Assembly: GCA_963727805.1 (NCBI GenBank)
Contig: CAVSHF010000003.1
Span: 672,001 to 736,000, forward strand
Length of the DNA: 64,000 nucleotides
Direction of reading: 5' to 3'
From: an uncultured Nitrospiraceae bacterium
GTDB taxonomy: Bacteria; Nitrospirota; Thermodesulfovibrionia; Thermodesulfovibrionales; Dissulfurispiraceae
Position 1 is the stretch's first letter, and each line of letters opens with the position of its first letter. A program made the translations under genes and the position numbers. Of this stretch, positions 1 through 10,263 are shown piece after piece. The notes below the pieces were generated by a model. That model was not told the DNA's origin. It did not search any database and saw only the letters and a program-made list of their open reading frames with translations.

Positions 1-2
1 CT

Positions 3-443
3 AAGCGCTATGACAAAGTCTACACGATTGACATTGAGACTTTCGACCTGCCCTATAAAGAATATTTTGATTTTGTAGTTTGCGGTGATATCCTTGAGCA
101 CCTGAAAGACCCATGGGAAGCGACCCAAAAAATTCACGGCTGGCTAAAAAAAGGTGGAACGCTTATAGCTACGATTCCCAATATACGCTATTGGCGTGTC
201 ATTCGCGATCTGTTTTTTTACGGTAAATGGGAATACGTCGAATCCGGCATCCTTGACAACACCCATTTAAGATTTTTTACAAGAAAAGATTTCTTAAATC
301 TCCTGGAAAAGAAGAACTTGTCAACTGTGCGGCACGATATGTTAATAGATGGTATTAAACAGAATTTATTCAATAAATGCACCTTTGGAATTTTCGAGGA
401 ATTTATGGGTTCCCAGATAATTGTCGAGGCAAAAAAAAGATAA
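3..443 (+). CDS. Class I SAM-dependent methyltransferase, 5'-truncated by window edge
   Basis: Hand translation of frame 3: ...FDFVVCGDILEHLKDPW...LKKGGTLIATIPN...GILDNTHLRFFT...; TAA at 441-443. Motifs typical of Methyltransf_11/23 proteins in polysaccharide loci. Confidence 0.85.
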   Translation, partial: KRYDKVYTIDIETFDLPYKEYFDFVVCGDILEHLKDPWEATQKIHGWLKKGGTLIATIPNIRYWRVIRDLFFYGKWEYVESGILDNTHLRFFTRKDFLNLLEKKNLSTVRHDMLIDGIKQNLFNKCTFGIFEEFMGSQIIVEAKKR

Positions 444-445
444 AC

Positions 446-1075
446 ATGACCAGTAATCTGCTTGTGAAAAAAATACTGTACTTGATAGAATATTTTTTTC
501 ACCTTCTGCAGCGAATACGGTCAAAAATCTACACGTTACTGTTAAGACCCCTTTTTTTTAAAGTAGGAATTAAAGTGACTATTTCCCCGCCGTTCAGGTA
601 TTTTAATCTTTCACAGATACAGATCGGCAGTTACGTTACCATTCATTCTAATTGTTGGATTCATGTGCTTAAAGGTGATGACGGTCAGACATCTCCTAAG
701 TTGATAATCGGTGATTGCGCTGCAATTGGAATGGATGCAACCATATCAGCAGCGGAAGAGATAATTATAGAGGAACATGTCATTATAGCGCGAAACGTTT
801 ACATTTCGGATCATGGGCACGAATTTCATGATATATCCATCCCGGTAGCATGCCAGGGGATAAGGAAAAAAGCTCCTGTCACGATTGGAAGACATAGCTG
901 GATCGGGCAAAACGTCGTGATACTCCCGGGCGTTACCATAGGCAGGCATTGTGTAGTCGGCGCCAATTCAGTTGTTACAAAAGACATTCCTGATTATTCA
1001 GTCTCAGCGGGTTCGCCTGCACAAATTATCGAACGATATAATCCGGCTTCAGGAACCTGGGAAAAAGTTCGATAG
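446..1075 (+). CDS. Left-handed beta-helix (hexapeptide repeat) sugar O-acetyltransferase
   Basis: Hexapeptide repeats and IGRHSWIGQNVVILPGVTIGRHCVVGANSVVTKDIP; ATG 446 follows the upstream stop. Confidence 0.88.
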   Translation: MTSNLLVKKILYLIEYFFHLLQRIRSKIYTLLLRPLFFKVGIKVTISPPFRYFNLSQIQIGSYVTIHSNCWIHVLKGDDGQTSPKLIIGDCAAIGMDATISAAEEIIIEEHVIIARNVYISDHGHEFHDISIPVACQGIRKKAPVTIGRHSWIGQNVVILPGVTIGRHCVVGANSVVTKDIPDYSVSAGSPAQIIERYNPASGTWEKVR

Positions 1076-1076
1076 T

Positions 1077-2600
1077 ATGAACAGGACAGTCCGTAATATT
1101 TTATTTTTCTTTTTTGCGGTCGTTGTGGGGAAATTTGTGGGATCCTTGACATCTTCATTGGTCGCTAAATACCTGCTACCAGCGAATTATGGCGTGTGGA
1201 TTACACTATTGCTCATCTGTACTTTTTCACCGATTATCTGTTTTGGTACTGTCGAAACATTGTTAAAAGAAGTACCTTACTACAAAGGCAATAATGATGC
1301 ACAAAAGGTCAAGGAAATAGAGGACGGCGTTTTTAGCTCGATAATAATATCTGCCATTCTTCTGGTTTTAATAGGTCTCAATTTTTACGGGTTCATGCCA
1401 AATCTGCTTTATGGCATAAAGATATGGCAGATCAGCGTCATGTTCCTTGCAGCAGCACTCGGTCTTTTTTCTGCATATTTCTATCAACGCTTTGCATCGT
1501 ATCAAAACTTTAAAATGGTTAGCACGCTTGATTCAGTAAGAGCTATAACGTCGTTTTTTTTTCTTATAACAGGAGCAAGATACTGGGGACTTCCTGGGTT
1601 AGTAGTAGGATATTTCTTGAATGAACTATTACTTTGTACCTTCTCAGCTGTTCTAAACATTCGCCTCTGCGGCAAGATAGGCTATAATTTCAATTGGAAA
1701 TTACAGAGAGATCTCATTAAAATCGGATTCCCTATCACTATCATATGGTGGGTATTCATCGTGCAGGCCGGAGCTGGGCGTATTATTTCGATGTCCATTC
1801 TCGGCGAAACGGCTACCGGTTTTTTAGGCCTTGGAACAAGCATTGTATCTATCATAATGTTAATACCGCAAACGGTTGGGATAGTGCTCTATCCGAAGAT
1901 AGGAGAGAAGCTTGGCAAAGGCGCAACTAAAGATGAGCTGAATATGCTTGTCATGGTGCCGGCAAGATTTTTTGCTATTGTCACCCCGTTGCTCATCGGT
2001 GTCTTATTGATCCTTTCACCTTTTATCTACACAAGAATATTTCCGCAATACAGCCCTGGGCTATCTGCTGTGCAGATCCTTCTCCTTGGAGTTTATTTCC
2101 TGTGCATCCTGCGCTCTGGCGTCAATTATATTATCGGTATTAACAGACAGAACACACTTCTCAAATATTTTCTTTTCAGCTTGATCGTGAACGTCATAGC
2201 CAGCATAGTATTGGTTAAATTAAATCTTAATATTAACGGAATAGCCTTGGGGCAGTCGATTTCGGCTGCAGTTCTGTCGACCTTAATCTGGCGCTCAGTG
2301 TTTGCCAACATGGGTTATGTTGCTTCAGCACAATTCAAAGCCCTTGCTTTTCTTTATCTTCCGTTTCTTATATTGACTGTTTTGGGGGGTATAGTAAAAG
2401 CTTTGACTCCTCAAATCCTAAATCAATTTACTATTTTGTCATATTATTCTGCCGTAATCTTTGTCGTTTTATTTAGTACGTTGATTATTAGTATTCCCCA
2501 TACGCGCAAATGGATTAAAGATATCTATACTATGGTCAGAAGTCGAAGCAAGAAGCCTTATAAAAGCCAAGGATTCGTCGAACATCCCGAGGTGAGCTAA
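1077..2600 (+). CDS. wzx: Oligosaccharide flippase (Wzx/MOP family)
   Basis: About 500 aa with many hydrophobic segments; LLPANYGVW near N-terminus, LIKIGFP and VLYPKI elements; EPS context. Confidence 0.82.
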   Translation: MNRTVRNILFFFFAVVVGKFVGSLTSSLVAKYLLPANYGVWITLLLICTFSPIICFGTVETLLKEVPYYKGNNDAQKVKEIEDGVFSSIIISAILLVLIGLNFYGFMPNLLYGIKIWQISVMFLAAALGLFSAYFYQRFASYQNFKMVSTLDSVRAITSFFFLITGARYWGLPGLVVGYFLNELLLCTFSAVLNIRLCGKIGYNFNWKLQRDLIKIGFPITIIWWVFIVQAGAGRIISMSILGETATGFLGLGTSIVSIIMLIPQTVGIVLYPKIGEKLGKGATKDELNMLVMVPARFFAIVTPLLIGVLLILSPFIYTRIFPQYSPGLSAVQILLLGVYFLCILRSGVNYIIGINRQNTLLKYFLFSLIVNVIASIVLVKLNLNINGIALGQSISAAVLSTLIWRSVFANMGYVASAQFKALAFLYLPFLILTVLGGIVKALTPQILNQFTILSYYSAVIFVVLFSTLIISIPHTRKWIKDIYTMVRSRSKKPYKSQGFVEHPEVS

Positions 2601-2822
2601 AAGGCCACGACACTTCTTCTTGTCACCTCTGGTAACTATTTATGCGAGTCAATTCGCGATATTGATAACTGATTGCTATACCGATATAAATACTTTTGCC
2701 ATGACCGATATAATTTTAATTGTTTAGAATATATAATGGTGTCATTGATATCACAGATAACTGATCATTTATGTTCTAAAATTTAAATGAAAATAGAATT
2801 AGTTGTCAGGAAGGTGGTAAGC

Positions 2823-4346
2823 ATGCTAAAGCAATATCTGATCATGATTGGTGTGATTCTATTGCCGTGTTGTTGTTTCGCTCAGGATATTTATATCGCT
2901 CAATCTTCGGCGGGATCTAACAACGGAGCTGATTGTGCTAATGCTTATGCCATATCGTGGTTTAATACTTCCAGTAATTGGGCTAATCCAAAACGGATTG
3001 GTAAGATTGGCCCCGGAGATACGGTGCACCTCTGCGGCACATTCACTGCCTTCGCGGGTGCAAGCGGTTACCTGACTTTTGCCGCAGGGGGTACAAGCGA
3101 CAGCCCTATCACTCTCCTCTTTCAAAGCGGAGCCATATTGACGGCTCCATTTTGGGGGACAAATGGAGCTATTTACAGCAACGGTAATTCTTACGTGATA
3201 GTGGATGGAGGAACTAATGGCGCTATAACAGCTACCGCTAATGGCACATACTTGGCCAATCAGCAGGACGGAAGTGGAGTATTAATTATTAATGGAAATA
3301 ACTGTACCGTAAAGAATTTAACTGTCTCCAACATGTATGTACATTCTAGCACTTCCGATGCACATGGGCAACTTGTCTATGGGATACAGGTCGGCTCAGG
3401 AAACAATGACTCGATATACGGGAATACAATACATGACACTAAATTTGCAATTCTCTTTAGCTATCCTGGGGGCGGCTCAAACTCTAATGTGAATATATAC
3501 AACAATACTATCTATAACATCGATCATGGAATAGTTGTTGGTGACGGCGATGTTAATGCAACAATGACGACGGCCAATATCTATAATAATGTCATTCACG
3601 ATTTTTCTAATTGGGATGACACAGAACTCAATAATCATCATGATGGTATTCATGTATGGTCTATGCACTCTGGCTCATTGATAACTGGCCTTAACATCTA
3701 CAATAATTATATCTATGGGTCTTGCGGTACTGGATTTAATGCCTCCATTTACATACAAGGAGGCATGGCTAACGTAAACATATTTAATAACCTATTGGTA
3801 GCTACTTCTCCGCCAACATCTGGATATGGGTACTTAGGTCTTGCTGGTTTCGGATATCACATTACAACAGCAGGTTGTTATAACAATACCATTATAGGAA
3901 CAGGAACTAATGTTACAAGCGTAATAAGCATTGAGGATGTTCAAGGAATTACTATTAAAAATAATATCGGGTCAACGGCTGCTGGCATGTTATACATTCC
4001 ATCTGGCTATGGAACAACAATCAAAGAGATTAATAATAATCTTTGGTATAATTGGGGCAGTTCAGGGTTTAACGTCAATGGAGTCATTTACAATACTTTT
4101 TCTGGTGCTAGGTCTTACCAATCATCTACTCTATACGATGCTAACGGCATAAGTGCCAATCCAAATCTCAGCGCTAATTTCAACCTTTATGCGCCTTCCC
4201 CGGCCATTGGCGCAGGAGCCAACCTCACCAGCCTCGGCATCACACCGCTTGATTTTGATCGTATAGGCAATCTACGCGCCGCCACAGGAGCTTGGGACAT
4301 TGGGGCTTATCTCTTCAAGCGGCCATTTCCACCCACGGTATATTGA
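2823..4346 (+). CDS. Secreted right-handed parallel beta-helix protein with choice-of-anchor-Q-like C-terminus
   Basis: Signal-peptide-like N-terminus; PGDTVHLCG; Asn-rich IYNNTI/IYNNVI repeats; C-terminal SPAIGAG...DRIGNLR...WDIGAY. Confidence 0.75.
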   Translation: MLKQYLIMIGVILLPCCCFAQDIYIAQSSAGSNNGADCANAYAISWFNTSSNWANPKRIGKIGPGDTVHLCGTFTAFAGASGYLTFAAGGTSDSPITLLFQSGAILTAPFWGTNGAIYSNGNSYVIVDGGTNGAITATANGTYLANQQDGSGVLIINGNNCTVKNLTVSNMYVHSSTSDAHGQLVYGIQVGSGNNDSIYGNTIHDTKFAILFSYPGGGSNSNVNIYNNTIYNIDHGIVVGDGDVNATMTTANIYNNVIHDFSNWDDTELNNHHDGIHVWSMHSGSLITGLNIYNNYIYGSCGTGFNASIYIQGGMANVNIFNNLLVATSPPTSGYGYLGLAGFGYHITTAGCYNNTIIGTGTNVTSVISIEDVQGITIKNNIGSTAAGMLYIPSGYGTTIKEINNNLWYNWGSSGFNVNGVIYNTFSGARSYQSSTLYDANGISANPNLSANFNLYAPSPAIGAGANLTSLGITPLDFDRIGNLRAATGAWDIGAYLFKRPFPPTVY

Positions 4347-4774
4347 TTCTTTTTGAAGAGAGCATCAATGCTATATTTATACACTGTCATAAGACTCTGA
4401 CTTTAATACCTGAAAGCAAGGATTAAGCCTGGGCAGCGCAGGAGACTCTTATCGCATTCTGGATGCGCCAAAGATCACTGCCGAGGGTCAAGAAACCTGC
4501 CCCCTGGGCTGTATAGACTATCTGACAATTCAGGATTGTGAATCGGGAAAGTATGTATACCAGATAAGACCACAAGCGAGGGTAGATGACAGCATTGAAG
4601 ATTTAACCCAAGAACATCATGTTTGCTTTTTTATAGAAAGCCTAATCAGCTGCATTGAATTATGGTTCATTTAATCGCCGAGCAGCCTGTTTAGGCGGGT
4701 GAGCGGGTTCATTATATCTTGCATCATAAATAATCACAATATGATATATTGATGTTCACCCTGTACAACTTAAT

Positions 4775-5422
4775 ATGAGACAGTCTATCATCATCCTCAA
4801 TTTCCACAAAATTGGCGCATCAGTTCATACGGTCACGTCAGTTCATACGCGATTGTTTTACGATATCTTAGATTTAGTCGCTGAGCGCGATGATACGCAA
4901 CTGACCTTCGATGATGGCAACGCCTCGGATATTGAAATTGCCATTCCTGCATTGAAGAGTCGAGGGTTGAGAGGCAAGTTTTTCGTTTCCATAGGACTGC
5001 TTGGTCGAAAAGGATATATGACACGACAGCAAGTTCGAGAAGTCGTTGATGAAGGAATGATAATTGGGAATCACGGCTGGCTACACTCCGATTGGAGACG
5101 GCTCAACAACCTTGAACTCGAGAAAGAACTGATCACTGCTCGCGATGATCTGGAAGAGTGCTGTGGTTGTGCAATTAAATCTGCTGCCATCCCTTATGGA
5201 AGTTACGACCAGCGCGTGCTACGAAAGCTCAAATCTTCTGGGTATGAGCTAGTATATACTAGCGATGGGGGCCCTGCAAATCCTTCGGCTTGGCTTCAAC
5301 CTCGCAATTCTCTGCGGAAAGATTACACGCCGGAAAAAATTGTCGATCTTCTTATGATGTCACAAAAGGGTCGTGCAAATATAATGCACGAATTAAAGCG
5401 GTTTATTAAAAGATTGCGATGA
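4775..5422 (+). CDS. Polysaccharide deacetylase (CE4/NodB domain)
   Basis: LTFDDG, GNHGWLH and AIPYG motifs. Confidence 0.88.
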   Translation: MRQSIIILNFHKIGASVHTVTSVHTRLFYDILDLVAERDDTQLTFDDGNASDIEIAIPALKSRGLRGKFFVSIGLLGRKGYMTRQQVREVVDEGMIIGNHGWLHSDWRRLNNLELEKELITARDDLEECCGCAIKSAAIPYGSYDQRVLRKLKSSGYELVYTSDGGPANPSAWLQPRNSLRKDYTPEKIVDLLMMSQKGRANIMHELKRFIKRLR

Positions 5423-5471
5423 AAGTACTACCTTTGCCTGGGATTTGTTGTTGGTCTTATTTAATTCTCCC

Positions 5472-6677
5472 ATGATAGGAACGATTTTAGTTGGTTTCGC
5501 TGAGGCCCTGGCGGCCCCTGAAGTTGTCTGGAGCTTGGTTGATGCAGGGCACCGTGTAGTAGCTTTCACCAGAAAGGGGCTGCGTTGCGCTCTTCGGGCG
5601 AGCCGTCATGTGCAGCTCCTTGATATCACACCGCCAGAGGTGAGCCTAGATATAGCCTTATCTGAGCTGAAAGAAATCATTGTACGCGTTCAAGATTGCG
5701 ATCTTGCACGACCGATCATTGTTATGCCACTGGATGATGTAGCATTGTGGCTTGTAAACCAACTTAGTATGGGACCTACGATTTCAATTGCAGGTCCCAT
5801 TGACATTTGTGCGGATTTCTCATTCGACAAGAGTAGGCAAATTCAGTTGGCAACGGAAGCAGGGTTCCAGACGCCTCACACCGTTTGCCTGATGAATATG
5901 GGGCAAGCATCTGAGGTTGAACCGAGATTTCCAGCTATATTGAAACCGATGTTTGCTGTAAGAGAGTGTGAGGGTAAACTAGTGAAGATGCGCAGCTGGA
6001 TTTGTGGTACCAATCAGGAGTGGCAGGCGGCAATTAAAGCTTGGGGAGGGCAAGAACACTTACTTTTGCAGCCTTACATTCGAGGAACTGGTGTTGGCCT
6101 ATTTGGTCTGGCATTGACTAGCGGGTGCACGGTGTGGTCGGCTCATGAACGAATTAGAATGATGAATCCTCACGGATCTGGATCCAGCGCTTGTCGGTCT
6201 ATTTCGTGCGATGAAAACCTAAAGGCTATAGGAGAAAAACTTCTAAATATGATACGGTGGCGGGGAATCTTCATGATCGAGTTGCTGCGTGACGAACAAG
6301 GGACATATTGGTTCATTGAGCTAAATGGACGTTCTTGGGGGAGTATGGCATTAGCTAGGAGAATGGGATTCGATTACCCTGCTTGGGCTATACACATGCT
6401 AACTGATCCTAATTGGCACCCACTCCCTCCGGATACATCCACTCGTAGTGTGGTTTGTAGACATTTAGGGAGGGAACTTATACATTTAGCGTTCGTCGCG
6501 CGTGGCCCAAGATCTTCCGCCTTAACTAATTGGCCACGATTAGGACAGACCCTGCAATCTGTATTGTCATTCCACAAGGAAGATACTTGGTACAATTGGC
6601 GACGCGACGATTGGCGCGTTTTCATATTAGATGTAGTGTTGTTAATGAGAGAACAGCTGTCTAAAATATGGCGATGA
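5472..6677 (+). CDS. ATP-grasp domain protein (carboxylate-amine ligase-like)
   Basis: DKSRQ...FPAILKP...LLQPYIRG...GIFMIEL...FIELNGRSWGS. Confidence 0.8.
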   Translation: MIGTILVGFAEALAAPEVVWSLVDAGHRVVAFTRKGLRCALRASRHVQLLDITPPEVSLDIALSELKEIIVRVQDCDLARPIIVMPLDDVALWLVNQLSMGPTISIAGPIDICADFSFDKSRQIQLATEAGFQTPHTVCLMNMGQASEVEPRFPAILKPMFAVRECEGKLVKMRSWICGTNQEWQAAIKAWGGQEHLLLQPYIRGTGVGLFGLALTSGCTVWSAHERIRMMNPHGSGSSACRSISCDENLKAIGEKLLNMIRWRGIFMIELLRDEQGTYWFIELNGRSWGSMALARRMGFDYPAWAIHMLTDPNWHPLPPDTSTRSVVCRHLGRELIHLAFVARGPRSSALTNWPRLGQTLQSVLSFHKEDTWYNWRRDDWRVFILDVVLLMREQLSKIWR

Positions 6678-7444
6678 GCGGGATGCGTGTTCGAGCCGCT
6701 CTACATGTACACTCAAATTGGTCATACGACGGCCATTGGTTCTTGGAGGATCTTGCTGTTACCTTTCGTAGGCTAGGGCTACAAGTTATAATGCTTGCTG
6801 AACATGATCGAGGATTTAATGAAAAACGCTTTCAGTCCCTCCGCGCTGCATGTCTCAAGGCTAGTTCAGCTAATTTGCTTCTGATACCTGGAATTGAGTA
6901 CAGTGATCCTGAGAACATTGTTCACATTCTTGTATGGGGTAACATACCGTTCTTAGGCTCAGGCTTACGTACAAGTGAATTACTAAAGCAGGTAGCAGAA
7001 AGAGATGGAGTGGCCGTTTTGAGCCATCCGACACGTAAGGAGGCTTGGCGATCATTCAATCCGATGTGGCATCAACATTTGTCTGGAATTGAATATTGGA
7101 ACCGGAAAACTGATGGATGTCAGCCTAGCAAGAATGCCACTGCGCTCATTGCACAAACACAGCTGAAAGCTTACGTCGGACTGGATTTCCATAGCAGTAG
7201 ACAGTTGTTTCCGCTTTGGATGGACATTTATATAAGAGGGATACTCTCAGAGATTGAAGTACTTACTGCACTGCGATCGGGATCTTGTGAGTCACGTGCT
7301 TTTGGTTTGCCACTTTCGGCAATTTCCAAGCAACCCTGTCAAAGCTTATTGCAGGCAGCTGATAGCTTTCGCAGGCTCATTGCCAAGCCATATCGGCTTA
7401 TACGCGGTGAACAAAATCATAACGACACAACGAGGCCCTTTTAA
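6668..7444 (+). CDS. PHP-domain metal-dependent phosphoesterase
   Basis: LHVHSNWSYDG, EHD, GIEYS, HILVWG, SHP, GIEYWN and GLDFH motifs. Confidence 0.8.
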   Translation: MAMSGMRVRAALHVHSNWSYDGHWFLEDLAVTFRRLGLQVIMLAEHDRGFNEKRFQSLRAACLKASSANLLLIPGIEYSDPENIVHILVWGNIPFLGSGLRTSELLKQVAERDGVAVLSHPTRKEAWRSFNPMWHQHLSGIEYWNRKTDGCQPSKNATALIAQTQLKAYVGLDFHSSRQLFPLWMDIYIRGILSEIEVLTALRSGSCESRAFGLPLSAISKQPCQSLLQAADSFRRLIAKPYRLIRGEQNHNDTTRPF

Positions 7445-7586
7445 TGAGGTGCTGTCCGGAAATAATCCTTATGTTTCATGTCCAATCGAGGCAGTTTATC
7501 AAGACATCGAAGCTGCAGACAACCCTGCTTATAAAGGGTGGGGTAGTCCTCGAGGCTGGTGACCTAAAATACACTATAGAAAGGAT

Positions 7587-8558
7587 TTGACAGTGTCTAA
7601 TAAATGTAAGGACCTATCCATTATTATTGTAAATTGGAATACTAAGGATATATTACTTAAGTGCTTAAATTCCATTGATAACCAGGACAAATATATCAGT
7701 GAAGACGTTATTGTTGTCGACAATGGATCTACTGATGGATCGGTAGAGGCCGTTCATAAATTATTCGCGAATGTTATTGTTATTGAAAATAATGCTAACC
7801 TTGGATTTGCCCGCGCAAACAATATCGGAATCAATAAGAGTTCGGGTAGATACGTTTGTCTTATAAATTCAGATGTGGAGATTCTCGATGACTGCCTGAT
7901 ACGCCTTATCAAATTTATGGACGCTAATCCAAAAATAGGCATTGCGGGCCCCAAAATCCTATACCCCGATTTATCTTTGCAAAATTCATGCAGAAAGTTT
8001 CCTTCTCTATGGAATAAACTAAGCCCGGCTCTTGGACTTGATAAGATATTCAGAAATTCGTCTCATTTCTCCGGTGAACATATGCAGTTTTTCGCGCATA
8101 ATAATAGATTAAATGTCGATTATCTAGCCGGCTGCTTTCTAATGGTGCGTAGAGAAGCTATTGATGAAGTTGGCCTGCTAGATGAACGCTTTTTTATTTA
8201 TGCCGAAGAGGTGGACTGGTGCAAACGATTTCGTCATCACGGATGGGAAATATCTTTTTACCCCGGAGCCACAGCAATTCATCATCAGTGTGCTAGTTCT
8301 TCTAAGGATCCAAAGCGATTTGCCATAGCGCAGCAAAAGGCTACTCTTCAGTATTGGGAAAAGCACCACAGCACCGTCAGCGGTTTGGCGATTCGGATTA
8401 TTCTATTTCTGCGCCATACCCTCAGGCTCTTTTCTAGGGCAGTGCTTTATTGTATAAACAAAACAGACCGTTACAGACTCGGAGAAAAAATAAGGATGGA
8501 CCTCGCTTGTATATTGGCATTAACTGTGAATAAAAGTATGAACAAAAATAAAAGGTAA
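7587..8558 (+). CDS. Glycosyltransferase family 2 (rhamnosyltransferase-like)
   Basis: SIIIVNWN, VVDNGSTDGS, NLGFARANN, LINSD, GCFLMVR, YAEEVDWC; TTG start after AAGGA. Confidence 0.9.
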   Translation: MTVSNKCKDLSIIIVNWNTKDILLKCLNSIDNQDKYISEDVIVVDNGSTDGSVEAVHKLFANVIVIENNANLGFARANNIGINKSSGRYVCLINSDVEILDDCLIRLIKFMDANPKIGIAGPKILYPDLSLQNSCRKFPSLWNKLSPALGLDKIFRNSSHFSGEHMQFFAHNNRLNVDYLAGCFLMVRREAIDEVGLLDERFFIYAEEVDWCKRFRHHGWEISFYPGATAIHHQCASSSKDPKRFAIAQQKATLQYWEKHHSTVSGLAIRIILFLRHTLRLFSRAVLYCINKTDRYRLGEKIRMDLACILALTVNKSMNKNKR

Positions 8559-9337
8559 GTTTATAATTACCGCCATACATCGAACGTATTATCAAAATAA
8601 TTCACTAATGTGACATATCGCGGTTAGAGCACGACATGAAACAAAATCTCAAATCTATATGGACGGCGTGATAGGTTTCTACAATAAAGTCTGGTTGAAA
8701 GAGGTAATTTGAGATAATCACACTATGGGTGTCTATAGAAACCGCAGCAGCGGAGTCTATATGTAAAGACCAATGTTGATGAGGTGTATAAATAGAAACA
8801 AAGTTGGACTGAAAATGCTCGATGAACAAGGGGCAATGTCGTCAGGTTGGGATGATTTAAATGCTGCTCAGATAGAATTTAAAGAATTTATTCCGCTGAA
8901 ATTGCGGTAAAATTAGCTCCATAATGTTGTAGTATATCATCAAAAACAGAGCCGTTTGACGATCCGGACAAGAGCATCAGGAAGCTTGGGATACTAACTA
9001 GGGCTTTAATATGGAAGATATCACGAGTTTCCGGCCCTGATGATGATCAAACTCGTAGAGTATCGACTGCGCCGTAGTCGATTAGATCGATCCCCATATC
9101 CCGAGGACTTACAGGAGGAGAAATACAATCTGGGAATGACGTCAGTAACTGACGCCTGAAACACTCAGCAGTTATTATCGCGCAATCACTCGTTACAACA
9201 TTCGGAACATATTCCCCACATTTATGGTGGAACATTCTTCAATTGGTGTGATTACCATAGACAGTGAGAAAAAATTAGAAAGGGCATAACAAAAACGCAG
9301 TAAATAGGACAAAGGATAGAGGAACTTTATTAAGAGT

Positions 9338-10201
9338 ATGCAAACCAGGCACATATTCTTTATTGTTTTCAGTATGGCGACGCTGGCGATCTTCTTTCCG
9401 CCCCTGCGGGATCTTTTCCTTTCCTCGTTCCACAACGAACTTTACTCGCACATTATCCTGATACCCTTTATCAGCGGATATTTTCTGTATGAAAAGAGGA
9501 AGGAGCTGTTCAGAAATATCGGCTATTCGTGCGTCCCAGGGATTGTTGCCGTAATCACCGGAATCGTCCTCTTCTTAATCGGCAGGTCCAAGGCCATTAG
9601 CCTCAACCCGAATGATTATTTCTCACTGATGGCCTTCACTGCCCTGGTCTTCTGGTTGGGCGGGATCATCCTTTTTTATGGATTGAAAACTTTCAGGACC
9701 GCACTCTTCCCTTTATTATTCCTGTTCCTGATGGTCCCGGTCCCGGAATTTATTATGGACAAGCTCATCTATTCCCTGCAGGTGTGCTCCGCCGAGGCGA
9801 CTTATGTCTTCTTCAAGATAGCGGGCATCTCGCTGATACGTGAGGGGTTTGTCTTCAACCTGCCGGGCATCAGCATCGAAGTCGCTAAAGAGTGCAGCGG
9901 CATACGTTCCACGTTGTCGCTTTTCATTGTAGGCATATTGTCATGCCATCTTTTTCTCAAAACTTGGCGTTCCAGAGGCTTGCTTCTGCTCCTTCTTTTC
10001 CCTCTCGCCATCTTCAAGAACGGGTTAAGGATCATTACGCTTTCCCTGCTTGGCCTGTATGTCGATGAATCATGGCTCACGAACAGCAGATTGCACCATG
10101 AAGGAGGATTCGTCTTCTTTTTGGCGGCGCTAACGGTTTTCGGCGGAATTATATGGCTGCTAAGAAAATGGGAAGCGAAGACCGATAAGCGCAATGCATA
10201 G
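9338..10201 (+). CDS. Exosortase (transmembrane transpeptidase for PEP-CTERM proteins)
   Basis: YSHIILIP; catalytic Cys in VAKECSGIRS, Arg in NGLRI, His in LHHEGG; multi-TM; directly upstream of prsK/prsR. Confidence 0.9.
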   Translation: MQTRHIFFIVFSMATLAIFFPPLRDLFLSSFHNELYSHIILIPFISGYFLYEKRKELFRNIGYSCVPGIVAVITGIVLFLIGRSKAISLNPNDYFSLMAFTALVFWLGGIILFYGLKTFRTALFPLLFLFLMVPVPEFIMDKLIYSLQVCSAEATYVFFKIAGISLIREGFVFNLPGISIEVAKECSGIRSTLSLFIVGILSCHLFLKTWRSRGLLLLLLFPLAIFKNGLRIITLSLLGLYVDESWLTNSRLHHEGGFVFFLAALTVFGGIIWLLRKWEAKTDKRNA

Positions 10202-10263
10202 TTTCTCAAACCGGTATGCTATTATTCTGAAGTACACTTGAGACTCCGTTAGAATATATTGCC

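Noticed and set aside
377..445. Extended N-termini given by the ORF track (also at 972, 32911, 33233, 40032, 63163)
   Set aside because: Most overlap upstream genes or promoters; downstream ATGs fit RBS position, gene coupling and family N-termini better.
4588..4665. DSIEDLTQEHHVCFFIESLI, reminiscent of an IS1182 transposase N-terminus
   Set aside because: Too short, with no terminal repeats or continuation; cannot be supported without a search.
8559..9337. Long intergenic region before the exosortase as ncRNA or riboswitch
   Set aside because: No recognisable riboswitch, promoter consensus or convincing ORF found by eye.
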